Under the pieces are notes generated by a model. The model was not told the origin of the DNA, did not search any database, and worked only from the letters and a program-made list of their open reading frames with translations. This document shows, one piece after another, positions 13,051-25,492 of a stretch of DNA of 64,000 nucleotides. The stretch spans positions 19,740,560-19,804,559 of the forward strand of contig NC_134027.1 of assembly GCF_964204645.1 (NCBI RefSeq), read 5' to 3'. Both the position numbers and the translations under genes were made by a program. Position 1 is the first letter of the stretch, and each line of letters starts with the position of its first letter. Source of the stretch: Tubulanus polymorphus. Its lineage: Eukaryota > Animalia > Nemertea.

Positions 13051-13788
13051 CAATGATTTAAATATGAATTATTTCACTCGTTAATTACTCATTACTTTTT
13101 ATGTTAAAAATTGATTTTTTTTTATTCGAAATCTATATTTGATCTTATTTTTCTAGATTATTATGCTTACATTTTACTCTCACTTTTAAAACATGAAATT
13201 TATTTTAAAATATATGAAATTTTAAAATATATGAGATGTTCATATATATGAAATTAACATTCGACGCGGACAAGACTTGTGCAGGCGGGTCTCGGTCCCA
13301 TGAGTCTTCCGCGACTTCGAGAATACGCACTCTCTCTTCGTGATATTTGACGTGCCCGCGAGCCTTCAGTTTGGTGGCGAACTGTTTACCACATTTTTCG
13401 CACTCAAAAACCTTTCCCTCGCGGATCCGGCCTTCACAATACCGATTGTGCGCGTGGACATTTTCTTTATCGACTCTTCGCGCACAGTAAATACATTTAA
13501 CTTTGGCCGATTTATCCCTACAAAATAAAACGGATAAAAAACATGATGATTAACGATGGTAGACGACATCTGGACAAGAACCAGTCACCATATCTATCAG
13601 GTGCTCCGATGTACGCCCAAAAAAAGTGGTTCTAAAATTGTCGCTTTTGATTTCGTCTGAGTATTTCTCTGAATAGTCGGAAGTCCTCAGGTCAGTTGAG
13701 GTTAGCTCAAGGTAAGGTTTCAGTCGGTCGAAATGCACGGTCATACGCTTGTTCGAATTAGGAAGCGCTATAGTATAGACTATGTCGT

Positions 13789-14849
13789 TTATTGTCCCCC
13801 GCGCGGCGTAGGCCACGGGCGGGGGACTTGGTATCCGCCTCTGTCCGTCCGCATGAGCTTGTGAAAGCGATTCATGAAGAACCGTTGATCGCATGAGTAT
13901 GATTACCCCTAGGGAGAGGATGTGCCCTATTGATTCTGGGGTCCAAGGATCAAAGGTCAAGGTCACTACAGGTCATTCATGTAAAACCTTGTGAACGTGA
14001 TTCAAGTCGATAGCAGGACCATGATATTACGTAGCATGATTACCCCTAGGGAGAGGATGTGCCCTATTGATTATGGGGTCCAAGGACCAAAGGTCAAGGT
14101 GACTTTTGGTCATTCATGTGAAAGCTTGTGAACGTCATTTGAGAAGAACCGTTGATAGCGGGACCATGATATTACGTAGTATGATTACCCCTAGGGAGAG
14201 GATGTGCCCTATTGATTTTGGAGTCCAAGGACCAAAGGTCATGGTTACTACAGGTCATTCATGTGAAACCTTGTGAATTTCATTCAAGAACAACCGTTGA
14301 TAGCAGGACCATGATATTATGTAGTATGATTACCCCTAGGGAGATGATGTGCCCTATTGATTCTGGGCTCAAAGTATCAAAGGTCAAGGTCACTTCAGGT
14401 CATTCACGTGAAACCTTATGTCGTGAATGTGATTCAGAAAGAATGTTGATAGCAATACAATGATATTACATCGCATGATTACCCCTAGGGAGAGGATGTG
14501 CCCTATTGATTTTGGGGAAAAAGGTCAAGGTCACTAGATATCATTCAAGAAGAACCAATGATAACGGAACAATGCTATTTCATTGTATGATTACCCCTGG
14601 GAAGAGGATGTGCATTAGTGATTTTGGAGTTCTAGGGTCAAAGGTCATGGTTGGTGGACGTCGTTTGCCTAAAACCTGTAAACTCAATTCTTAAATAACC
14701 ATTCATAGCAGGAAAATGATATTTCATAGTACGGTTATCCCTGGATACACTCATCATTTTTCTATACCAAAGATCAGTGTTTTCAGGTGTCATTCATTCT
14801 ATACCGGCTATCGCGGGGACATAGATACGTAGTATCGAATTGCCTTGTT
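13789..14849 (+). mobile_element. Helentron-associated (HINE/pearl-like) non-autonomous element with a ~145-bp internal tandem array
   Basis: Subterminal IR tgtcccccgcg / cgcggggaca, gtcc microsatellite, about 7 repeats containing gattacccctagggagaggatgtgccctattga..aaggtcaaggtca, and a 3' hairpin gatac-gta-gtatc. Inserted at TT within the Gypsy integrase tail. Confidence 0.75.
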
Positions 14850-16041
14850 ATCTTGAAAATCTGGCACGGTCCTACCCAACGACAGGCCAGCTTCGATGAC
14901 TTCATGCCAGATGTGACAGGTCGGAAAAGCCATACCCTATCACCGACTTTATAGTTCGTTCCATGATTATGCGTATCATAATGTCTCATTTCTTTTAGCA
15001 CGTAGCGCTAAGTTCTTTCTGGTGTGTGAAAAAGCTAAAGTAAGGCGTTCTATCCGTTCTGTCGCGAACGTCTCAACTGGGAGTTGTATTGAAGGGTGAG
15101 GAGTTCCTGAGAGAATATCTATGGGTAGGTTTATATCTCCGCCTAGCATTAAATAGTTTGGAGAAAATCCGGTCGAATCATGTGTCGACGCTCGGTACGC
15201 CATCATTAGAAATGGCGGCTGCTCGTCCCAGTCGTCCTGGTTTTTATTCACAAGCATGGCGAGCCCATTCAACAGCGTGCGATTGTTCCGACGAATAATC
15301 CATCAGACTGCGGATGGTAGGCAGTACTTCTAATCTTACGCATTTCTAACATAGCGCAAATTTCAGTCATTAGTTTTGACTGGAAATTAGACCCTTGATC
15401 GGGGTGAAATTGTCTTGCTACTCCAAACCTACTTATGAGTTCTCGGACGAGTGTTGCCGCTACAGTCTTGGCTTCCTGATTGGGTAGAGGATAGGCCTCT
15501 ACCCAACGAGTAAAATAATCGGAGACAACTAAAATTACTGTTTTCCCGGCTTTCGTTTCGGGTAGCGGCCCCAAAATATCTAAAGCTATTCTTTCCATAG
15601 GTAGTCCAACGCGCTAGTCTTTTAAAGTTTTGCTTTTTTACTTCTAGGTGGACTCTTCCTGGATGCACATAGGTGACAAGTCGCACACCAGAGTTTGACA
15701 TCGTCCCGAATTTCTGGCCAGAAATATCTTTTGTGAATGCTAGTGAGGGTCTTCTCGTAGCCAAAATGTCCGGCGGTTCTAGAAGCATGAATTTCGATGA
15801 ATACTTCGTGACGGTAAGTTTTAGGCAAAACTAACAACGTGGACGGTTCTAACCCTTCTCTTTCCTTGGTGATATACAGGAGGCCCTCGACCAATCTTAA
15901 TTAATTGTTCCCACCGGGTCGCTAGAAATTTGCTAGTAGCGCCCTCACTCGCCACATCCTGCCAGCTTGGTCGATTTTGGGACTTATACCACTCTACACT
16001 ACATCTCAAATCAGGTTCGTTTGTTTTTGCTTGGCCTAATC

Positions 16042-17581
16042 CAGACCTGCCAACCTTGTGTCTGACTAAATCAGAACAATTTCATAAATTATCAGTAATT
16101 TTTGAGGTTTTTCAGTAACAAGCATACAATACTAAAACACTGTTATACTATATAAATCATTTTATTTATCAACGAAAAAACAAATTGTGATTGTCAGAAC
16201 AATTAATACTGTAATAATTGATTCCCGGCAAATAAAAACAACTGAGAAAAAACCGCTGCAAATTAATTAGCAAAGACATCTTTTGAAAATTATCATCTAA
16301 ATTGTTCAACTTTCACGGACAATTGAACATTAATAAGCATAATACGATTATCGTTTCGATAAAGCTGCCGCTGTAGCCTTCTTAGCTTTCTCTAATAATT
16401 TCACGCTTGGATCATACTCATGACAAACAATGCCTTGAGCTTTCATGATGAGCAAACTTTCCAATGTCTTTTGTCCTAATGACGCTCTGAAGTCATTTCG
16501 ATTCTTCCTGACGATACTAAAAATTCTCTCGCACTGCGCATCCGAAACTGGTATCAACAACACTTGAAGCATCACCCTGGGTAAAATAGTAAACCTGCAG
16601 AGAAAATATAATTTGGTGGATAAATTTATATTCTATACAACAAAGTTTCTCTACCCACTGTTTATGGATTATAGTTTTACTACATAAAACATGTAGGCTG
16701 ATAATCTAATAGCCCGGATAGCGTCTAATTCAAGACCAGACGATGCTGGAGTGAAAAAACGACTTATCTTACATGTTTTTGCGTTAGTCTTATGTTTTTT
16801 CGTCTCCAAATGACGCTGTATGTCAGTTATACCGCCGTGCGCTATGTTAATAGCAAAACTCCACAGTCCGTACAAAACGAGTGTTTCGAGCTCTTCGAGG
16901 CCTTCATGCAGGGGAATTTAACAGTGTAACTACTCCGAAACGTTTGCGTACCGGTCGGCCTCTTTCTTTTATTTGCTGGTTCATTGTTATTAGGGTCTTC
17001 ATCGCTTAAATCCATCAAACAAACCATCGCCGAATTCGTCATGACTTCTGTCGGCAGCCGTCATTATAAGTCACACTAATTACAGCCGAAAACCGATGCG
17101 AATGGTTGGCGAAGGGAGATCGTGTTTGCAAATATTTTATAATTTAATTTGTTTATCATTGACCAAGTAAATAAAGCAGAATCGTGAATTGATAGACGAA
17201 TAAAATAACTTCAGTCGGGTTATTGCAAAAAATTCCGCGCTTGCAAGCAACGTTGATATATGTTACAGCAGATGCGCTGTTGTGTTGTACTGTATAGTAA
17301 GGCGCTCGCGCAGTGTATAGGTTGCCACGGTGACAGCCGGCGCCAGGCGCGTGTATGTCAGCTCACACCAGCGGTCTGTGTACACAAACTGCTCGCGTGG
17401 CGTGCCGATAATCAAATCATCTTTCGTCATTTTTAAAGAATATCGTAACGACGCTAGAATTTTCCGTAGAACGTAATGAAAATAAACTAAAATCGTAATT
17501 TTGAACACCCAATCGTAACATCGTAATTTGTAATGTTAATCCGAAACGATTACGGGAAAATCGTAACAGTTGGCAGGTCTG
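16042..17581 (-). mobile_element. Internally deleted hAT DNA transposon
   Basis: 13-bp TIRs cagacctgccaac (16042-16054) / gttggcaggtctg (17569-17581). hATC dimerisation motif 'LLIPVSDAQCERIFS....RASL...TLESLL' (16348..16575). BED-like 'FCTDC...IAHGG..DI.RH..T.KH'. Subterminal cgtaa repeats. Splits Gypsy RNase H from integrase. Confidence 0.85.
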
Positions 17582-20500
17582 CTTATCCTGTCGGCGACCA
17601 TTTTGCGACCGCATGATAATTCAGTGGAACAGTCTCTGATAGCTCTCACCCGCTTGGCGTGGGTGCATGGACTCTCGATTGTTTCATATCTTTCAGAGGC
17701 CCTCAAGCAATGCTGACATTCCCTACGACCCAAAGCATCTGCGTTTGTATGTAGACGGCCGGGACGATGTTGAACCTTAAATTCATATTCTGACCGCAGG
17801 TTAATCCACCTGGCAGTCTGCCCCTCCGGATCTTTAAAAGACATGAGCCAACGTAGCGAACCGTGGTCGGTGCGGATCAGAAACTCTGTCCCTAATAAAT
17901 GTCTGAAATGCTTGACGTATGTGACTACTGCCAATAGCTTACGTCTCGTGACACGATAATTTCGCTCTTGCTTTGACAAGGTGCGACTGCCATAAGCGAT
18001 CACTTTCTCTGCCCCATCGTGTACTTGTGACAAAACAGCCCCCAAGTCTATCCCACTAGCGTCTGTATCTAAGATAAACTGGGTATCCGGGAGTGGAAAA
18101 GCCAGTATAGGCGCTGTCATGAGCGCGTCTTTCAATTCCTCAAAAGCGGACTGACATTCCATAGACCATTCAAATTTCCTTCCCTTCTTGGTTAATCCGT
18201 GGAGGGGTTTCGTCGTCGATGCAAAATCCTGGCAAAAACTCCGGTAGTACGATGCCAAACCCAAAAATGATCTCACGTCAGTTTGACCCCGCGGTACAGG
18301 CCAAGACTTAATTGATTCGATTTTACCCGGAGACTACATGTCCTAAAAACACAACTGATTTCTCAAAGAAGTGGCACTTCTTGGATTTGAGTTTTAGATC
18401 GAATCTTCTAAGCCTTTCGAATACTTGGCGCAGGTTGCCCAAAGTCTCTTCAAAATTCTTTCCGAATACTATGCAATCATCCAAATAGACTAAGCAAATC
18501 TCATACTGCTGGCCACAGAGAACCTGTACCATGAGTCTTTCGAACGTCGCGCCACTATTACATAACCCGAAAGGCATCTTTCGAAATTGAAATATACCAT
18601 CTCTCATGACAAATGCGGATTTCTCTTGCAGATTCTGATAGCTCGACCTGCCGATAACCAGATGCGAGATCCATGGTACAAAAATATCGAGAGCCAGAGA
18701 GAGAACGGATAGAATCATCAATTCTGGGTAGGGGATAAGCATCTTTCATAGTGACGTCATTCACACGCCGATAATCTACGCAAAATCTAATTCCCCCGTC
18801 CTCTTTGACACAAGAACTATCGGACTAGCCCACGGTGAAGTTGACTGTTCGACCACCCCGCCATCTAGCATCTCTGACTAGGCGACTAGCTACCTCTTGT
18901 ATTGCTGGTGGTAAGCGACGAGCCTGCTGTCTAACCGGCTTAGCGTCCTCTGTGTGTATATCGTGCGTAATTCCCGGAGATACCCCTAAATCTGCGTCGG
19001 ACCGAGCGAAGATGTCTCGATACTCTTACTATCTCGATACTTATCTAGCTGGCATTTCTTCCCGTAGATGATTTGTTCACCGTGACACGTGATACTTTGC
19101 CTGGCTGGATGAATCTGGCAGTCATAGTGTGAAAGAAAATCTAAACCTAAGAGGTTTCATCTTCGATATCAGCCACGGCGAATGGCCAGGGCATGACCTC
19201 ACCGAAAATCTCGACTCCGACCTCAAGTTTACCGTATGAGGGGAATTAATTGATACTGTATAGCTGTAAATTCGATTCTTCTAGATTCTCTTTTGACGCT
19301 GGGTGTAATTTCTCGAATACGCTTTTACTTAGAACTGAAACACACGCACCGGTATCGATCAAAAATTTGGTTTGTACACTATCAACTTTACCGCCAATAA
19401 TTATGCTAGATACTGGGTTGCCGATCGCGCTTACAGCAACTCGGTCATCTGAGGGGGTTGGTGATGAGAGTTTGGTTTTTAAGCTCTCCTCTGGCTTGAT
19501 TCTCTTTGAGCCAGGGGTCGCCCGTTTCCCCGTCTCGGTCCTTCTCGTCCTTCCCTTTGACCACAACTATAACAGACTATGGAATGATTGTCTCGATGAA
19601 CGCTCTGTTGGGATTGTAGGCCCACTAACTGCTTCACTTTTGTCGTCAACTCGGTCACCTGAGATCTCAATGTCTCAATTTGGTCATTCTCTCATACTTT
19701 TGTTGCTCTTACAAACCCATGGGAGCCACGCTCTCTACCTTCCTCCAATCTCTTAAACCCCTCTAGCTCTACGGCTAAACAGACTCGTCGAGCGATTTAC
19801 AATGATTCTGATACAATTGCATACGCAGCTCTCTATCGTCAGTAGTTAGGGTCTGTCACTATGGGGCCGCAGTGGAGTGAGGGAGGAGGGGGAGGGGGAT
19901 GACGTCACACCGTCTGTCACGGCCGCCATGTGCATCATTTCGTTTAAGAGCAGGGCCGGGTGAACAGGTGTGTTCTTTGAAATTCCAGTGTTGTTAAAAC
20001 CCCAAGCGCCTGTATTGAGGACTGATGTGTCTTCTTCCCCTCCCCACATTTTGTTGAGGAGGCCCAGTTCGCTCTCACCTTTTTTGTTTGCATGAAATTG
20101 CTTTTAGTATTCTTCCACCTTCGTCAGTTGTTATTAGTCCGTAGCCGTTGGTCTGCTTTTGGTGTGGCTGAATGCCGCTACGCTGTAAGTTTCAAGCTTT
20201 TGGTTTAAACCGTATTTATTGTTGAACTCCTGCAGTTCCGGCTTCGTACACCGTATTTATTGTTGAACTCCTGCAGTTCCAGCTTCGTAATGCTGTTATA
20301 CCCGATTGTTTTTCCTCCAACCGAAACACAAACGGACATTATGTAAGTATTTAATGACGTTTCATTCATTGTTGTTTTGACGGCTACATTGACGGCCCCG
20401 GCAGTGCAGCAGTGGCAGTTAATATATTTGCTACTGGTATGCCAACATTACAGTTGTATGCCTGTTCATGTAATTGAAGTCAGTGCTACGTCTCTTCTTT

Positions 20501-20879
20501 GAATATGTGTTCCCACGAAAACTTTTCCCTATATGCTGATTTGTACAGCTTGTCGATTCTCTCCTGTTAGAATTTACTGTTTGACATCTTTCTATGTAAG
20601 GGGCCCATGCAGTGATTGAGGGTATCTTTATATGAAGGTAATTAGTGTGACATCATGGCGGACCGTGTTCATTTTGTAGCAGAAAACTTGTAGTGACGTG
20701 GTCCTGATCGGTAGGCTTCCGTTACGAGGTCCGCCCCGGGTCACCTTGCTTCGGGGAGTGAAGCAAAGAAGGAGCTGCCTTTAACTGCAGCTTCCCCCGT
20801 AAAAAGGATTCACACATAGACAAATATTATAGCTTCGAGGATTTTCTATCATACTAAGTTTTGTCAACTCCACTGTTGT

Positions 20880-23690
20880 CGCTCCTGCTCTCCCCACTCC
20901 ATATATAGTCATTCGGATATAAACATTATTAGAGGAGTTTGTGGGGAAGCACATTCAGTAATTGGTAGAATTGATGTACCCATTTGCATTCAATCTCATG
21001 TAGGTGGAGGTAAAACATTATGCAAAATCACGGACGGTAAAATTTTCGCTACTATTGTGAATCCTACTAATGAGCCGATTCAAATTTCAAAAGATTATGT
21101 GCTTGGATTTGCATACAATGTAACTGACGATGATTGTTTTGATTTTGCAGATGACACTACTAGTGAAAACATTTTCTCCGTGGATACTAAAACACCACGT
21201 AATTATGATGAAAAAATTAAAACAGCGGAAAATTTAGGCATAAAAATTCCAGCAAACTCACGATTGACTCTGGAACAAAAAGAGAGATTAATGAATTTAA
21301 TTGGATGTTATAGGTCAATATTTGCTAGTAACTTACAAGAAATCGGCAAAAACTTCATTAGTTACCCATAAGATAGAAACAACTGATGACGACCCTATAA
21401 TTCAAGGACCTTATCGGAAAAGTCCACACTTAGGTAGAAAACGACTTGGTGAACGAACTGTTAGATGCCGTTCTTATTGAACCAACTGATTCTGTTTTCA
21501 ATAATCCTATGGTTTTGGTCAGAAAACCAGACAATACGTATAGGTTTATTATTGATTTTAGAAAACTGAATTCGAAGACCGTAACGCAATCATTTCCACT
21601 ACCTCATTTTGATGATGTATTTGACACGATAGCCGATGCTAAACCCATGATATTTAGTAAATTAGATCTTAATTCAGGATTTCACCAGATACCGTTACAT
21701 GAAGAATCGCGTCATAAAACAGCTTTTCAAACGACGCAAGGCAAAATGTGCTTTATAAGAATGCCGATGGCTATTAAGAATGGTCCTATGGCTTTTCAGA
21801 TGCTTATGTCAAATTGTTTAGGTCATTGGAATTGGCAATATGTATTGTGTTTCATTGATGATCTAATCATATTCTCTCAAGATTTTGACAGTCACCTAGT
21901 TCATTTATCGAATGTTTTTGAGAAGCTTAAACAAGGTCTAACTGCAAAACCGACTAAGTGTGAATTTGCAGTCCCAGACATTGAATATCTGGGTTATACG
22001 TTATCTGCTGAGGGTCTTCGTACTTGTAAAAAGAACACCGAAAAGGATAACAGCTTTCCAGTTCCGTCCAATGTCAAACAATTACGAAGTTTTCTAGGGT
22101 TGACAAATTTTTACAGGAAATTCATTCAAAATTATGCATCAATAGTTTCTCCCTTGAATGCTTTGACCTGTAAAGATGTGAAGTTCAAATGGACCCCTGA
22201 TTGTCAGAAAGCTTTTGATACGCTTAAACAGAAATTAACTAGTGTCCCAATTCTGATATTCCCTGATTTCAATTCTCGTTTCTATCTCTCAGTTGACTCT
22301 TCGGACTATGCTATTGGTTACGTTTTGTCTCAGAAAAAGAATAATTTAGAACATGTTATCGGATATGGTGGTCGCACGTTACGTGTAAACGAAAAGAAAT
22401 GGCATATTAGTGGTAAGGAAGGATTAGCTTTGATTAAAGGAATTCAGAATTTTCATCCCTACCTGATTGGAAATGAATTCACTGTGTATACTGATAGTTT
22501 AACGTATATTCATGAAAACCGACTAAATTAACGTATAGGACGTTGGGAATTGGCTCTTCAAGCATATAATTTTTCTGTTGATCACCGACCGGGTAAGAAA
22601 AATGGCAATTGCGATGGTTTAAGTAGACGAGATTATGATAAACCTCCTCCTCCTAGACCTGATGATCCTTCACAAGAAACTGTTTTCACAGCAATGACAA
22701 ATGGATCTCAGTCTTATGAAGTCGTGTTTGATTATACTAGCCCCGTGGTGGCTGAGTTAACTCCTTATACTTATAAGGAGATTGAACTGATTAAACCTGC
22801 TAATATAACTCACTTACAGAGGAATTGCCCTGAAGTTTGTCACATGTTGGAACATAAGTTAGATCCACCATATGCTGTCAACGATGAAAAACTGTTTCGA
22901 AAGCTCAGTTGGAGGGCCGACCAATATGGTATTATCGATGGCACGTTATATTATTTGTGTACGCCTAGAGTTACTGGTATTCCTAAAGCCGAGAAGGTCA
23001 TCCCAGTTCTTGAAGTCCTTGGTATTATCGATGGCACGTTATATTATTTGTGTACGCCTAGAGTTACTGGTATTCCTAAAGCCGAGAAGGTCATCCCAGT
23101 TCTTGAAGTTCCTAGGTCATAACGGTCGGAAATATTGAAAGCTTACCACGACGATTCATTAGTGGGAGGTTGCCACCAGGGTCAAGATCGTCTCTATGGT
23201 GTTTTACGTAATAAATATCATTGGGATTCCATGTATGAAGATTGCGGGAAATATGTTCTACTTGTGAGAATTGCCAACAGGTCAAACGGAATTATCATAG
23301 TCATCAAACACCCGTACAACCATTACCAATTGAAGGCTAATTCTCCAGATGGCACATTGACTTCCTTTGCAATCTTCCGGAGACACCTGATGGTAATAAG
23401 CATATCCTACTGGAAGTAGATAGCTGGAGTAAATGGCCCGAGGCTTTTCCTCTCAAAACTCAGGAAACAACAGAGGTAGCAAAGGTTCTCTTTAAAGAGA
23501 TATTTTCGCGGTATGGTGCGCCTCATTCTTTGGTCTCTGATCGCGGTAAAACATTTATGTCTAAGTTAGTTGGAGCTCTCTGTGAATTGTTTCACGTGAA
23601 ACAACATTTCACCGCTCCGTACCATCCTCAATCAAACTCGGTTTGCGAGAGAACTAACCAGTACATTTGGCAGTCGCTGAGGTCCTACTG
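20880..23690 (+). mobile_element. Second decayed Ty3/Gypsy pol fragment (RT-RNase H-integrase)
   Basis: ORF 21446..22531 (DFRKLN, LDLNSGFHQIP, FIDD, VDSS), 'HRPGKKNGNCDGLSR', 'GCHQG..R', and downstream 'VSDRG', 'YHPQSN..CERTN'. Confidence 0.92.
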
Positions 23691-24116
23691 ATAAAAGTGT
23701 TTATGTGCTTGAAGTGTTTATCGAGTTTGACGCGGCTTTAGGCCTACCGGTACTGAGCTTTACTGTATCAAACAAACGCAGTACAATTGTTGCGTTTATT
23801 AACGGACTCATTGGATTGAACTTCAAAACAAAATTTACGATATTTAGGTGGGTTGTTAAATTCAATAGGCCTACGACCAATCTGTCCGGATGTTAGGCCT
23901 ACGCATATACATAGGCCTAAATAGGCTAGTAGCGTTAAGCGTTCGCTGTGGGGAAAGGAGATCGTTCGCTGTGTCGCTTGAAGTGTTTATCGAGTTTTAC
24001 GCGACCTTAAGGCTTAAGTATGGTGGCTGATAAGGGCCATGTGTAAAAAAACACGTATATGCAAATGAGGGCGACATTATGACAAAACGACAAAACTAAA
24101 ATAACGCGACAAAACA

Positions 24117-25492
24117 ATAATTTTGGTTTTGTCGCCCGCGACAATTCATTATTTTGGTTTTATCGCCCACGAAAATTCATTATTTTGGTTTTATCGCCCG
24201 TGACAATTCATTAATTTGGTTTTGTCACCCGCGACAAATCAATATTTTGGTTTTGTCGCCCACGACAATTCAATATTTTGGTTTTATCGCCCGCGACAAT
24301 TCATTATTTTGGTTTTATCGCCCGCGACAATTCATTAGTTTGGTTTTGTCGCTCGCGACAATTCAATATTTTGGTTTTGTCCCATGCGACAATTCAATAT
24401 TTTGGTTTTATCGCCCGCGACAATTCATTTTTTTGGTTTTGTCGCCCGCAAAATTTCATTAGTTTGGTTTTGTCGCCCGTGACAATTCATTAATTTGGTT
24501 TTGTCACCCGCGACAAATCAATATTTTGGTTTTGTCGCCCACGACAATTCAATATCTTGGTTTTATCGCCCGCGACAATTCATTATTTTGGTTTTATCGC
24601 CCGCGACAATTTTTTTTTTGTCGTGGTTTTATCGCCTGCGACACTTCAATATTTTGGTTTTATCGCCCGCGACAATTCATTATTTTGGTTTTATAGCCCG
24701 CGACAATTCATTAGTTTGGTTTTGTCGCTCGCGACAATTCAATATTTTGGTTTTGTCCCATGCGACAATTCAATATTTTTGTTTTATCGCCTGCGACAAT
24801 TCAATATCTTGGTTTTATCGCCTGCGACAATTCAATATTTTGGTTTTATCGCCCGCGACAATTCATTATTTTGGTTTTATCGCCCGCTACAATTTTTTTC
24901 TTGTCGCGATTTTATCGCCTGCGACACTTCAATATTTTGGTTGTATCGCCTGATGCGACAATTCATTATTTTGGTTTTATCGCCCGCGACAATTCATTAT
25001 TTTGGTTTTATCGGCCGCGACAATTCATTAGTTTGGTTTTGTCGCTCGCGACAATTCAATATTTTTGTTTTGTCCCATGCGACAATTCAATATTTTGGTT
25101 TTATCGCCCGCGACAATTCATTTTTTTGGTTTTGTCGCCCGCAAAATTTCATTAGTTTCATTATTTTGGTTTTATCGCCCGCGACAATTCATTATTTTGG
25201 TTTTATCGCCCGCGACAATTCATTATTTTGGTTTTATCGCCAGCGACAATTCATTAGTTTGGTTTTGTCGCCCTCGACAATTCAATATTTTTGTTTTGTC
25301 GCCCTCGACAATTCAATATTTTGGTTTTGTCGGCCACGACAATTCAATATTTTGGTTTTATCGCCCGCGACAATTCATTATTTTGGTTTAATCGCCCGCG
25401 ACAATTCAATATTTTGGTTTTATCGCCAGCGACAATTGATTATTTTGGTTTTATCGCCCGCGACAATTCATTTTTTTGGTTTTGTCGCCCAC
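24117..25492. repeat. 32-bp satellite array
   Basis: Unit tttt(a/g)tcgcccgcgacaattca(t/a)tattttggt repeated head to tail. Confidence 0.95.

Larger units (their letters stand above)
13260..19800 (-). mobile_element. Decayed Ty3/Gypsy LTR retrotransposon internal region, interrupted by two insertions
   Basis: Minus-strand order: gag knuckle remnant (CYSCGQ), protease (FLIDTGA; 19246..19566), RT (YPLPRIDD, MPFGL, YLDD; 18323-18900), RNase H (ILDTDAS, RTDH; 17600-18276), integrase (GHFG, ALDILGP, DQGSNF; 14783-16009), tail VHFDRLKPY (~13700). No LTRs recognised. Confidence 0.92.

Noticed and set aside
16034-17589. 8-bp hAT target-site duplication
   Set aside because: Flanks (gcctaatc / cttatcct) do not match cleanly, so no TSD is claimed.
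19846-20800. Promoter-like or MITE-like stretch with a 42-bp tandem duplication
   Set aside because: No terminal repeats or coding evidence that I could support.
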